From Neisseria iguanae (GTDB lineage: Bacteria > Pseudomonadota > Gammaproteobacteria > Burkholderiales > Neisseriaceae): a stretch of 32,000 bases of DNA. The notes under the pieces were generated by a model. It was given only the letters and a program-made list of their open reading frames with translations, had not been told where the DNA came from and ran no database searches. Below, piece after piece: positions 1 to 8,978 of the stretch. The DNA lies in assembly GCF_003013245.1 (NCBI RefSeq), contig NZ_PXYY01000013.1, positions 9,496 through 41,495 of the forward strand. Direction: 5' to 3'. Each line of letters begins with the position of its first letter. Position 1 is the first letter of the stretch. Made by a program: the position numbers and the translations under genes.

Positions 1-124
1 CAACTTTCCGTGTGATCAAATTTAAATCAGAATGCCGATTATAACAAAAGGGGATTTACGTTGGTTAAAAATACCCTTTCATGGGGCGCAATATATCGCA
101 ATATATAGTTAATTAAATCCAAAA

Positions 125-790
125 CTAAGACAACAAAGCCGCCCAAAATGTCTCATAAACCGGTAAGGCTTTACGCAAGTGTTTTTTGATATTTCCCCAT
201 GTCTTTTCAATCGGATTTAAATCAGGAGAATAAGGTGGCAGGGGAAGAATGATGTGTCCGAACGATTGGGCCGGTTCTTGCAAGCTGCCCATGCGGGGAA
301 AGCGGGCATTGCCCATGATGGTGACGGACTGTTCATTCTGTGACGGTAAAAGATGTTCTTTAAAGCATGCTTCAAAGAATGTATTGATTATGGTGTTCTG
401 CCGGGCATCGGAGCAATGGGCTTATTGCCTCTGCTTGGGCGGCAGCAAGCAATGGTCTTTCATGGCGTCTGCCGTCAATGGTATTTTAGACTTGTCGGTC
501 TCTTAAGGCCCTGCCATGTGATCGGTACGGATAAGTATCTGTACCGGTTCCGTCAAGATAAACTTGTTGGCAGTCATTGGACTTTGATCATCGCTTTAGG
601 TGGCAGGCCTTCCGGTTAATGCTTGCCGTTTTTTCCAAGCAGACAAGGTTGGGCGGTGTTTTTGTGTGCTTCGGTAACTTTATGAATGTCTCCACATCGT
701 TTCCGCCCATTCATGGCGCTTTGGCTGAGCTCAAGGGAATGTGCTGTCTACTTGTCTTAAATCCGGCGGGGTACGTCGGAGGGGATTTAT
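125..790 (-). pseudogene. IS630-family transposase remnant (frameshifted, decayed)
   Basis: Minus-strand ORF 125-316 carries the block [22 protein letters not shown], typical of the C-terminal DDE region of IS630/Tc1-like transposases. Upstream homology continues only in other minus frames: the reverse complement of 507-563 reads VYLDGTGTDTYPYRSHGRA, resembling the IS630 DE(S/T)GF block, with stops in between. Plus-strand ORFs 249-792 are mirror artefacts. The upper boundary is approximate and terminal repeats were not identified. Confidence 0.7.
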
Positions 791-825
791 AGGATTTTGG
801 GTTTTCAACTTAATCTGGTATATAA

Positions 826-864
826 AGGCCGTCTGAAAAGCTCTGTTGGTTTTTCATACGGCCT
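826..864. terminator. DUS (AGGCCGTCTGAA) plus degenerate inverted copy (TTCATACGGCCT); hairpin downstream of the yagU-like gene
   Basis: aggccgtctgaa lies at 826-837 and ttcatacggcct at 853-864 (one mismatch to an inverted DUS). The pair sits just 3' of the minus-strand CDS ending at 886. Confidence 0.5.
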
Positions 865-885
865 TCAATCCGTTAAATCAAATCA

Positions 886-1443
886 TTAATCTTTCCACCA
901 TACGCCGTAAATAGGACGGGCGAAGTGTGCCAATACGGCAATCATACAAATCTCAATTGAAACCGACCAGTAAATATGGCCTAAAAATTCGCTCCATAAT
1001 TCGGCTGCATTCAAGTTCCACAGCCAGCCGTTGACCCCTTCGGACGCATACGCGGGGTAGCGGAAGCCGAACATCGGAATCAAGGCGCCGTGCATGACTA
1101 CGGTGATGATGATGCCGTATAACGCGCCGTACCACGCGCGCATTTTCAACCAATACATCGAACCGACCACATAAACAAACGCAAACACAAAGCTGAAGAG
1201 CCAGTGATAAAGCGTAACCGCACCTAAAATGCTGTTGCCTTGGAACATATAATCCAAAGAATACTGATTGACGCCCAGCCAGCCGAGCCAAGCATCGATA
1301 TTGGCACCAGGAGGCGAAATTTCTCCCGGCATACGTGGTGGCATATTGACTTCAGAACCCCATTTGACTAAGGAACTGATGAAACCGCCGATTAAGGTTG
1401 TCCATAAAATCACTTTACCGTTGGTATTGCACTGAGTACTCAT
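886..1443 (-). CDS. yagU: YagU-family inner-membrane protein (DUF1440)
   Basis: Multi-pass hydrophobic protein with blocks VKWGSEVNMPPRMP and EFLGHIYWSVSIEI that I recognise from enterobacterial YagU. The ORF track starts at a TTG (1458). ATG at 1443 is preceded by AAGGAA at suitable spacing, so 1443 is preferred. Confidence 0.7.
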   Translation of the reverse strand: MSTQCNTNGKVILWTTLIGGFISSLVKWGSEVNMPPRMPGEISPPGANIDAWLGWLGVNQYSLDYMFQGNSILGAVTLYHWLFSFVFAFVYVVGSMYWLKMRAWYGALYGIIITVVMHGALIPMFGFRYPAYASEGVNGWLWNLNAAELWSEFLGHIYWSVSIEICMIAVLAHFARPIYGVWWKD

Positions 1444-1526
1444 TTTGCTTTCCTTCAAGTTAACGTGGGCAGTAATGTAACTTTATTTCGGTCAGGTGGT
1501 TTTGTCGATTTATATAAGAATAATTA

Positions 1527-1540
1527 TTGATTTAAATCAA
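1527..1540. promoter_or_regulatory. Perfect FNR/CRP-family palindrome TTGAT-N4-ATCAA
   Basis: ttgatttaaatcaa is an exact match to the FNR consensus half-sites. It is centred about 90 bp upstream of the yagU-like ATG in an AT-rich intergenic region. Confidence 0.5.
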
Positions 1541-1748
1541 TTAAATTATAAACGTATATTATCATATTAGTATTGTTATTACAATGAGTTGCCTATTTTT
1601 CTTAACATTCGGACAAATACGGGCTGTTTGAAAGTTAAAAATGGTTATGCATTTAAAATAAATTAAGATGTAGTTGCAATTAGAAAAAACCGTCTGAAAA
1701 GTTATCTGGACTTCTCAGGCGGCCTTTGCAAAAGGTTGGAGCGGCGGG

Positions 1749-2591
1749 TTACAGCCCTAGTGCTTCGGCGTGAAATTCGATATGGCTGTCGATAAAGCTG
1801 GCGATGAAGAAACAGCTGTGGTCATAACCATCACGTTTTTTGAATTGAACGTTAAATCCGTTGCCGCGTGCTGCGTTGACAAAATTTTCCGGCTGTAATT
1901 CTTTCGGATAAAACGGGTCGGCATCGCCTTGGTCGATCAGAATCGGTAATTTTTTTGCGGCCGCCTGAATAAGGGCGGTGCTGTCATAGGCTTTCCATGC
2001 GGTTTGGTCATTACCCAAATAGGCGGTAAAGGCTTTTTGTCCCCACGGTATTTCGCTCGGATTCACAATCGGTGCGAATGCGGAAACGGCGGCGTATCGC
2101 CCGGGGTTTTTCAAAGCGATTTGCAGGGCACCATGGCCGCCCATACTATGGCCGAAAATGCTGCGTTTGTCGGTTACGGGGAAGTGGGTTTCAATTAAAG
2201 CAGGTAATTCTTCTGTAATGTAATCGTACATTCGGTAATGCTCTGCCCAAGGGGCTTGCGTAGCATTCACATAAAAACCTGCGCCTTTGCCTAAGTCGTC
2301 GCCTTCGTCATCAGCCACGTTGTCGCCGCGTGGCGACGTATCGGGCATCACCAAGGCAATGCCCCATTGGGCGGCGAAACGTTGTGCGCCGGATTTTTGG
2401 GTGAAGTTTTCGTCGTTGCAGGTCAGGCCGGAGAGCCAGTATGCAACCGGCACGCGATAGCCTTGCAGCGCTTGCGGCGGCAGATAAATGCTGAACGTCA
2501 TGTCGCAGCCGTTTACGCTCGAAGTATGACGGTAGCGCTCTTGGTAGCCGTTGAACATTTTATTGCGGGAAATCAATCCGAGTTCGGGCAT
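1749..2591 (-). CDS. fghA: S-formylglutathione hydrolase (esterase D family)
   Basis: 280 aa, colinear with FrmB/YeiG-type enzymes: YWLSGLTCNDENF, PDTSPRG, GFYVNATQAPW, nucleophile elbow GHSMGGHGAL, C-terminal GYDHS. Confidence 0.9.
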   Translation of the reverse strand: MPELGLISRNKMFNGYQERYRHTSSVNGCDMTFSIYLPPQALQGYRVPVAYWLSGLTCNDENFTQKSGAQRFAAQWGIALVMPDTSPRGDNVADDEGDDLGKGAGFYVNATQAPWAEHYRMYDYITEELPALIETHFPVTDKRSIFGHSMGGHGALQIALKNPGRYAAVSAFAPIVNPSEIPWGQKAFTAYLGNDQTAWKAYDSTALIQAAAKKLPILIDQGDADPFYPKELQPENFVNAARGNGFNVQFKKRDGYDHSCFFIASFIDSHIEFHAEALGL

Positions 2592-2623
2592 GCTATCCTC
2601 CTGAATCAGTAAACTGTTTTTTT

Positions 2624-2657
2624 TTCAGACGGCCTATGGTTTGTCAGGCCGTCTGAA
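2624..2657. terminator. Inverted DUS pair hairpin (TTCAGACGGCCT ... AGGCCGTCTGAA)
   Basis: 2624-2635 and 2646-2657 are perfect inverted AG-DUS copies preceded by a T-run. They lie between two minus-strand genes and overlap the last codons of the methyltransferase ORF. Confidence 0.6.
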
Positions 2658-3605
2658 TGCTTGTTTGTGGCGAATTTCCCAACATTGGTGGATTTTTTTG
2701 TTGCGAAAATCATCGGGGACGGATTGTTTGCTCGCATCCTTCACGGCATATTTTTCACCCGCTTCCGGGTTTAATTCAAAGCTGCGCAGATTATTCGAAA
2801 AATACATCACGCCGTCTGAAGCGAGCAGCTTCATGGCACCATGAATCAAGGTCATTTGGTCACGTTGGATGTCGAGGACATCGAGCATTTTTTTGCTGTT
2901 TGAAAAGCTCGGCGGATCCATCACAATCAGGTCAAACTTTTTGTTTTCGGCTTCGGCGGTTTTCAAGTATTGGAACACGTCGGCGCGCACGATTCGGTGT
3001 GCCGCCGAATCGACACCGTTCAATTCGAAATTACGTTTCGCCCAATCAAGGTACGTATTGGATAAATCGACGGTTTCGCTGCTGACTGCGCCCCCTGTTG
3101 CCGCATAAACCGTAAAGCTGCCGGTATAGGAAAACAGGTTTAAAAAGCGTTTGCCCCGTGCGCTGTCGCCGATTTTTTTTCGTGTGTTGCGGTGGTCGAG
3201 AAACAAACCGGTATCCAAGTATTTGTCGAGATTAACCCAAAAGCGGCGGCCGTGTTCGCTGACGGTAAAGTCTTTGCCTGATTTGCCGGTTTTCTCGTAT
3301 TGAAGTGTACCTTTTTGGCGTTCGCGGCGCTTGAGGTGGATTTGTTCGGGCGCAAAACCGGTAACAAAGCCAACTGCTTCCAAAACGCCACACAACCATG
3401 TTTCGTATTCTTCCGGCTGCATCAGCCAGCCGGTGTCGTATTCCTGTAAATGGACATGGCTGCCATATACGTCGATGGCAAAGGGAAATTGCGGAATGTC
3501 GCGGTCATAAATACGCCATGCCTCAATATGGTTCCGTTTGGCCCATTTTATCAGGTGTTTGATGTTTTTGCCCAAGCGGTTAGCGAATGGTGTGATATCG
3601 GTCAT
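2634..3605 (-). CDS. Class I SAM-dependent (rRNA) methyltransferase, RlmK/RlmI-like; stand-alone homolog of the C-terminal half of RlmKL
   Basis: 323 aa. SAM motif I region is FLNLFSYTGSFTVYAA and motif IV is MDPPSF. The N-terminal segment resembles the region preceding the RlmK domain of RlmKL. Confidence 0.7.
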   Translation of the reverse strand: MTDITPFANRLGKNIKHLIKWAKRNHIEAWRIYDRDIPQFPFAIDVYGSHVHLQEYDTGWLMQPEEYETWLCGVLEAVGFVTGFAPEQIHLKRRERQKGTLQYEKTGKSGKDFTVSEHGRRFWVNLDKYLDTGLFLDHRNTRKKIGDSARGKRFLNLFSYTGSFTVYAATGGAVSSETVDLSNTYLDWAKRNFELNGVDSAAHRIVRADVFQYLKTAEAENKKFDLIVMDPPSFSNSKKMLDVLDIQRDQMTLIHGAMKLLASDGVMYFSNNLRSFELNPEAGEKYAVKDASKQSVPDDFRNKKIHQCWEIRHKQAFRRPDKP

Positions 3606-3922
3606 TTTTCAGACGGCCTGCTAACAAAAAAGCCATTTTACGCCGATTAACGTATTCGTGCTTGACCGGATATGGCGAAGTCTGTATTATCCGCCATTCG
3701 TTTATTTATGAAGCCATCGTCTTCAAACCTAACTAACCGGTTTTTCTGCCGCGTTTTATATCTTTTTGCTTTCTTTCAGGCATATTTGCAGGTTGTCGTC
3801 GATGTTAACTTACAAGCCAGAGGCTTGCGACAACCTTGTAACTTCATTTTCGTTACTTATCCTTTGCTTCAGGCCGTCTGATTGATTCAGTCGGAAGTTG
3901 TTGTTGTGTTTTTAGGATAATT

Positions 3923-5380
3923 ATGTCTATCAAATTTGCTGATTTGAATCTCGATAAAAATATTTTGTCCGCGCTGCAAAGTGCCGGCTACGAATTGCCG
4001 ACGCCGATTCAGGCGCAGTCTGTACCGGTGGCTTTGGAAGGCCGCGACATTATGGCTTCGGCACAAACCGGTTCGGGTAAAACTGCCGCATTTTTGCTGC
4101 CATCCTTGCAACGCCTGACCAAACGCAGCGGGAAAACCGGCAAAGGCCCCCGAGCTTTGGTGTTAACACCAACCCGAGAACTGGCGGCTCAAGTTGAGAA
4201 AAATGCATTGACCTATGCGCAAAACATGCGCTGGTTCCGCACGGTGAGCATCGTTGGCGGTGCATCTTTCGGTTACCAAACCCGAGCCTTGAGCAAACCT
4301 GTCGATTTGGTGGTAGCCACTCCCGGCCGTCTGATGGATTTGATGAGCAGCGGCAAAATCGACTTCGACCGCTTGGAAGTACTGATCCTTGATGAGGCAG
4401 ACCGTATGCTCGACATGGGTTTCATTGACGACATCGAAACCATTGTTGAAGCCACACCTGAAGATCGTCAAACTTTGTTATTTTCCGCGACTTGGGATGG
4501 TGCAGTCGGTAAATTGGCGCGTAAATTAACCAAAAATCCGGAAGTAATTGAAGTAGAACGTGTTGATGATCAGGGTAAAATTGAAGAGCAGTTATTGTAT
4601 TGCGACGATATGCGCCACAAAAACCGCTTGCTCGACCATATTTTGCGTGACGCCAATATCGACCAATGCGTGATTTTCACTTCAACCAAAGCCATGACCG
4701 AAGTATTGGCTGATGAGTTATATGAAAAAGGCTTTTCGGCCAACTGCTTGCACGGCGATATGCCGCAAGGCTGGCGTAACCGCACTTTGATGGATTTGCG
4801 TAAAGGCCGTTGCAAAATTCTGGTGGCAACCGATGTGGCTGCACGCGGTATCGATGTACCGACGATTACCCATGTGATTAACTACGACTTGCCGAAACAG
4901 GCTGAAGACTATGTGCACCGAATCGGACGTACCGGTCGAGCAGGCCGCACGGGTATTGCCCTAACGTTTGCCGAAGTGAACGAATACATCAAAGTTCATA
5001 AAATCGAAAAATACATCGACCGCAAATTAAACGAAGTAACTGTGGAAGGCATGGAGCCGACCCGTAAGCGAAAATCTTTCGGCAGCAAACCGAAAGGCCA
5101 CGGAGGCAGAAACGTTAAAGGCGGCTATGGCGACCATGACCGAAAATTCGGCGATCGCAAAGGTAGCAAATCTAAATCACGCAATGAAGGCAGTTTCGGC
5201 GGAAAAGTGCGCAGCGAACGCAGTGAAGACGGTTTCAAATCGCGCAGCGAAGGCTTTAAAAAATCCGACGGCTTCAAGAATAGCGGCCCAAATTTCAAAG
5301 GCAAACACAAATCAGGCAGTGATTTCAGCAGCAAAAACGGCTATGGTAAATTAAACCTTGCGGCCGGCAAACGTGCTTAA
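3923..5380 (+). CDS. rhlE: DEAD-box ATP-dependent RNA helicase, RhlE-like, with long basic Gly/Lys/Ser-rich C-terminal tail
   Basis: Q motif TPIQ, Walker A AQTGSGKT, PTRELA, DEAD (LDEADRM), SAT, and HRIGRTGRAG. The tail has repeated GFK/SRSE segments. Confidence 0.9.
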   Translation: MSIKFADLNLDKNILSALQSAGYELPTPIQAQSVPVALEGRDIMASAQTGSGKTAAFLLPSLQRLTKRSGKTGKGPRALVLTPTRELAAQVEKNALTYAQNMRWFRTVSIVGGASFGYQTRALSKPVDLVVATPGRLMDLMSSGKIDFDRLEVLILDEADRMLDMGFIDDIETIVEATPEDRQTLLFSATWDGAVGKLARKLTKNPEVIEVERVDDQGKIEEQLLYCDDMRHKNRLLDHILRDANIDQCVIFTSTKAMTEVLADELYEKGFSANCLHGDMPQGWRNRTLMDLRKGRCKILVATDVAARGIDVPTITHVINYDLPKQAEDYVHRIGRTGRAGRTGIALTFAEVNEYIKVHKIEKYIDRKLNEVTVEGMEPTRKRKSFGSKPKGHGGRNVKGGYGDHDRKFGDRKGSKSKSRNEGSFGGKVRSERSEDGFKSRSEGFKKSDGFKNSGPNFKGKHKSGSDFSSKNGYGKLNLAAGKRA

Positions 5381-5415
5381 TAGATGGTGACCTGACAAAG
5401 CCGGTCCGAAAGATA

Positions 5416-5445
5416 AAGGAATGCAATTGACTGCATTCCTTTTTG
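5416..5445 (+). terminator. Rho-independent terminator of rhlE
   Basis: 10-bp stem aaggaatgca (5416-5425) pairs with tgcattcctt (5432-5441) over a 6-nt loop, followed by a T-run. Confidence 0.7.
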
Positions 5446-5632
5446 CTTAATAACTATTGTTTTGGGTTTGGGTAATTTATTTTCAATGCTGCCTTCTCTT
5501 AAGATAGCGTAGGTGGTACTGCCGAGAGGTGCTTTATTATTTTCATAACCCGGTGTAATGAATCAGCATCATTTTGACTTGATGGCTAATTTAATTTGGT
5601 CTTGAGGCATTGTAATGGCCTCTTTCCGCACG

Positions 5633-5947
5633 TCATTTGACGCATGGCGGGCCATCAAATTGCGTCCAATCGTATAAACAAGTCGGGCCGTCGACGTGAT
5701 ATTGGCCTTTTTCTTCCAAACAGAGAACTCCTTCTGCATAGCTGTTTAGTTTTGAGAAACCCCCAAAAGGATCTAAACCGCATTGTCGGAAATCATTATG
5801 TTTATTCTTAATAAATTTGAGTACCCAACTGCTTTTTTTTATATTGATAGGATTAGCCCATTTATGCAATCTCTTGATAAAACTAGGGAATAATATAGCG
5901 CAACCAGTTAAAAATAATGGTGATCATCCGTATAGTAATTTTTTCAT
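5633..5947 (-). pseudogene. Small Cys-containing lipoprotein gene with in-frame TGA inside the signal peptide (paralog 1)
   Basis: The reverse complement from 5947 reads ATG AAA AAA TTA CTA TAC GGA TGA TCA CCA TTA TTT TTA ACT GGT TGC, i.e. MKKLLYG*SPLFLTGC. This is a lipobox (LTGC) preceded by a stop at 5924-5926. The track ORF 5633-5869 is the distal part, called from a TTG. Confidence 0.55.
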
Positions 5948-5960
5948 TTCATTCTGAAAA

Positions 5961-6393
5961 CTATTTATTATACGGTGTTTTGGGGCAGAAGGTATTTTGA
6001 TACCCTCTTTCTTCACGCCATTTGACGCAAAGCGGATCATCAAATTTCAAACGCATGACAAGACAAATCGGTCTTGCTGTGTGATGCCGGCCTTTTTCTT
6101 CTAAACAGGGAAATCCTTCAGCAAGACTGTTTATTTCCCTATATTTACTATAGTAGCCTCCAACAGGATCTATTCCATATTGACGAAAATCGTTATCCAG
6201 TTTGTCTAAATATTGTATGGCATAATATTGTATGGCATAAGTTTTTAAATTGGAATTTTTATCTAAATTATTTGTCCATTTATGCAACCGCCATTCCGCG
6301 GCATTATCGGAAAGTGGCTGATAAAAGCTGGAAAACAACATGGTGCAACCTGCTATAAAGTAATAGAGATAGTCCGCATAATGGTCTTTTCAT
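5961..6393 (-). pseudogene. Small Cys-containing lipoprotein gene with frameshift inside the signal peptide (paralog 2)
   Basis: ATG at 6393 (MKRPL...) is in a different frame from the lipobox-containing continuation (..YYFIAGCTMLFSSF..) that leads into ORF 5961-6341. It shares FRQ.G.DP.GG...EG..CLEEKG.....P.C.......D.P.CVK with paralog 1. Confidence 0.55.
6210..6239. repeat. Perfect 15-bp tandem duplication (atattgtatggcata x2) inside lipoprotein paralog 2
   Basis: 6210-6224 equals 6225-6239. The duplication is in frame (5 codons) and produces the YAIQY-YAIQY repeat in the protein. Confidence 0.9.
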
Positions 6394-6482
6394 GTGATTT
6401 TCCTTAATTATTGGGGCTGAAGTAGACTAGCAGTCATGTCAGACTGCAAAAATAAAGATAACCAATTGCAAATTAACAAAGG

Positions 6483-7109
6483 ATGCCCAAAGAAAACTCC
6501 TCCGGTTTTTCGTACCGGAAGCCACAGCCCGTGCAGCCGCTGATATTCTGGGTATCCAACCCGGTTGGGCTATGTTAGCCTATCGCAAAACCCGCCAAGC
6601 GGCTGCCTGTCATTTGGCGCAGGAAGCCGGCGGGGTTTTCAGAGGCCCTACCGGGTCGGACGAAGGTTATTCGGCGGTCGGCGTAAGGGTAAACGCGGAC
6701 GTGCGGCAGCAGGGAAAGCGGCTGTATCCGGCATCTTAAAGCAGCAGGGAAAGGTCGGTACCGCCGTTGCGGGGAATAACGGAAAGGATGCCTTATTTCC
6801 GGTTGTCAAACAGCAAACAACACCTGACAGCATTGTTTATACCGGTAGTGACAGGAACTGTGGCGTGTTTGATGCGGGGCAGGTTCGCGCGTCGACGCTC
6901 AACCGTTCACAGCTTTTTGCAGACCGTCAAAACCCTATCGGCGGCATTGGAAATTGTTGGAACCGGGCGAAGTGCGTCTTGCGCAAATATAATGGGTTGG
7001 CCGTAAACCTTTCCCGCTGTCCTTGAAAGAATGCGGGTTTCGCTTTAACTTTGGTGTACCGTCCGGGCAGCTTGAAATGCTGCGGAAATGGTGTGGTGTT
7101 TGGGGCTAA
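6483..7109 (+). pseudogene. IS1595-family (IS1016/ISXO2-like) transposase, at least 3 frameshifts
   Basis: Homology to the Neisseria IS1016-type transposase runs through three frames. ATG is at 6483, then KLLRFFVPEATARAAADILGIQP (frame 2). Next comes FGGRRKGKRGRAAAGK...PDSIVYT...FADRQNPIGGIGNCWNRAKCVLRKYNG (track ORF 6565-7026). It ends with FPLSLKECGFRFNFGVPSGQLEMLRKWCGVWG*, stop at 7107-7109. Confidence 0.75.
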
Positions 7110-7169
7110 TCTGCGTCAGCCCCTTAGTTAAATTTGGCTGAATTGCCTAAAGGTATTACTCAATAAACA

Positions 7170-7203
7170 AGGCCGTCTGAAAGTACAATCTTTCAGACGG
7201 CCT
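7170..7203. terminator. Inverted DUS pair hairpin downstream of metQ
   Basis: aggccgtctgaa at 7170-7181 and ttcagacggcct at 7192-7203 are perfect inverted copies with a 10-nt loop. Confidence 0.7.
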
Positions 7204-7248
7204 TCCTTTATTCACTCATCTCATATTCAATTAAGCATGAATATCAAA

Positions 7249-8199
7249 TTATTGTGCGGCAGAAGCAGAAGATGCGGCTGACGCTTTTGAAGCAGCTTCA
7301 GCGGTAGCGGCTGCTATTTTGGCTTCGTCATCCGCTTGGCTGCCCCATACGGCAGGGTATTTGTAGCCGGCAAAACGTTGTTTGGCGTAGGATTTAAATG
7401 CTTCCGAATTGTAGGCGGCTTCTACGTCTTTGAGCCATTGTGCGTCTTTGTCGGCGGTTTTCACGGCTGCCCAGTTTACATAGGCAAAGCTTGGCTCTTG
7501 GAATAAGGTTTCGGTCAATTTCATGCCACTGCTCATGGCGTAGTTGCCATTTACTACCGCAAAGTCAACATCGGCGCGGCTGCGTGGCAATTGTGCGGCC
7601 TCCAGCTCGACAATTTTGATTTTTTTCAGGTTTTCAGCGATGTCGTTTTTAGAGGCGGTCAATGGGTTGATGCCGTCTTTCAGTTTTACCCAGCCCAACT
7701 CGTTCAACATTACCAATGCACGGGCGAAGTTGGACGGGTCGTTCGGTGCGGAAACACTGCTGCCTTCTTTCACATCATCGAGTGAGGCAAGTTTGCCCGG
7801 ATACAGACCCAATGGTGCGGTCGGTACTTGGAAGGCTTCGACGATGTCTAATTTATGTTCTTTGCGGAAATCTTCCAAGTAAGGCTTGTGTTGGAAGACG
7901 TTGATGTCGATTTCACCTTCGGCCAAGGCCAAGTTAGGGCGCACGTAATCGGTGAATTCGATTAATTTTACGGTGTAGCCTTGTTTTTCCAAAGCTGGTC
8001 GGATTTGCTCTTTCACCATGTCGCCGAAGTCGCCGACGGTGGTGCCGAAGACGATTTCTTTCTTGACGGTGGTGTTGTCAGCAGCCGGTGGAGCGGCAGA
8101 AGCGGCTGGTGCGGCTTCTTGTTTTTGACCGCCGCAAGCGGCCAAAGCCAGGGCCAGCGCGGCGGCCGAAAAGGTTTTCAATACGCTGTTTATATTCAT
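7249..8199 (-). CDS. metQ: Methionine ABC transporter substrate-binding lipoprotein (MetQ/NlpA family)
   Basis: Signal peptide plus lipobox (MNINSVLKTFSAAALALALAACGG) from ATG 8199. NlpA-family body (FGTTVGDFGDMV, NVFQHKPYL, VNGNYA). Forms an operon with metI/metN. There is an extra Ala/Ser-rich C-terminal tail. Confidence 0.9.
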   Translation of the reverse strand: MNINSVLKTFSAAALALALAACGGQKQEAAPAASAAPPAADNTTVKKEIVFGTTVGDFGDMVKEQIRPALEKQGYTVKLIEFTDYVRPNLALAEGEIDINVFQHKPYLEDFRKEHKLDIVEAFQVPTAPLGLYPGKLASLDDVKEGSSVSAPNDPSNFARALVMLNELGWVKLKDGINPLTASKNDIAENLKKIKIVELEAAQLPRSRADVDFAVVNGNYAMSSGMKLTETLFQEPSFAYVNWAAVKTADKDAQWLKDVEAAYNSEAFKSYAKQRFAGYKYPAVWGSQADDEAKIAAATAEAASKASAASSASAAQ

Positions 8200-8290
8200 A
8201 ATAATACTCCAAATGTATGTGGCAGAAATCATAACATGCCGCTTGAAAAAAGCTTAATGATTTTTCAGACAGCTTTTATAAAGAATCCTT

Positions 8291-8977
8291 CTATCGTTTG
8301 TCGAGGCGGCGCGAAATCCAGTTGCCCAGCCCCTGCATGGCAATCACCATCAGCACTAAAATCGCCACGATGAAGATGATGACTTCGGTTTGGTAGCGGT
8401 AATAGCCGTAGCGGATGGCCAAATCGCCCAAACCGCCGCCGCCGATCATGCCGGCCGCCGCGCTGTAAGAGAGCAGGCCGATGGACAATACGGTAATGCT
8501 GGAAACCATGCCGGCACGTGCTTCGTTGAGCAGCACTTTGCGGATAATGGTGAGTGGTGTCGCGCCCATGCTGATAGACGCTTCAATCACGCCGCGCGGC
8601 ACTTCGCGCAGGTTTTGCTCAACCAAACGGGCAAAATAAAACAGACCGGATACGCTCAACACCAACGAGGCGGCATAAGGGCCGATGGTGCTGCCGATGA
8701 TGGCGCGGGTGGCTGGAATCAGCGCGATCATCAAAATCACAAACGGAAACGCGCGCATTAAGTTGACCAAATTATCCAGCACAAAATTCAGCGGCTTGTT
8801 GTAATGCAGCTGGCGGTTGGCAGTGACAAACAGCAATACGCCCAATAATGTGCCGAACACCACGGCAAACAGCGTGGACAAACCGACCATGATAAAAGTT
8901 TCGCCCAAGGCTTGGTAAATCTCGCCTTTCATGCCGCTGATGGTGGCGAGGGCTTTGGAAAAAGTCAAATCAGCCAT
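8291..8977 (-). CDS. metI: Methionine ABC transporter permease
   Basis: 228 aa, five-TM BPD-type permease, 1-nt spacing to metN. Confidence 0.9.
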   Translation of the reverse strand: MADLTFSKALATISGMKGEIYQALGETFIMVGLSTLFAVVFGTLLGVLLFVTANRQLHYNKPLNFVLDNLVNLMRAFPFVILMIALIPATRAIIGSTIGPYAASLVLSVSGLFYFARLVEQNLREVPRGVIEASISMGATPLTIIRKVLLNEARAGMVSSITVLSIGLLSYSAAAGMIGGGGLGDLAIRYGYYRYQTEVIIFIVAILVLMVIAMQGLGNWISRRLDKR

Positions 8978-8978
8978 C

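Noticed and set aside
249-792. Three overlapping plus-strand ORFs (85, 88 and 71 aa)
   Set aside because: They lie antisense to the decayed IS630-type transposase and have no coding-like features. They are treated as artefacts of the pseudogene.
3672-3881. 69-aa ORF in the region upstream of rhlE
   Set aside because: It has no Shine-Dalgarno sequence, an odd hydrophobic, low-complexity composition, and DUS elements on both sides. It is more likely the promoter and leader of the helicase gene.
5125-5354. Alternative-frame ORFs (69 and 75 aa) within the 3' tail of rhlE
   Set aside because: They arise from the repetitive Lys/Gly/Ser-rich tail coding sequence. The helicase frame is continuous and explains the region.
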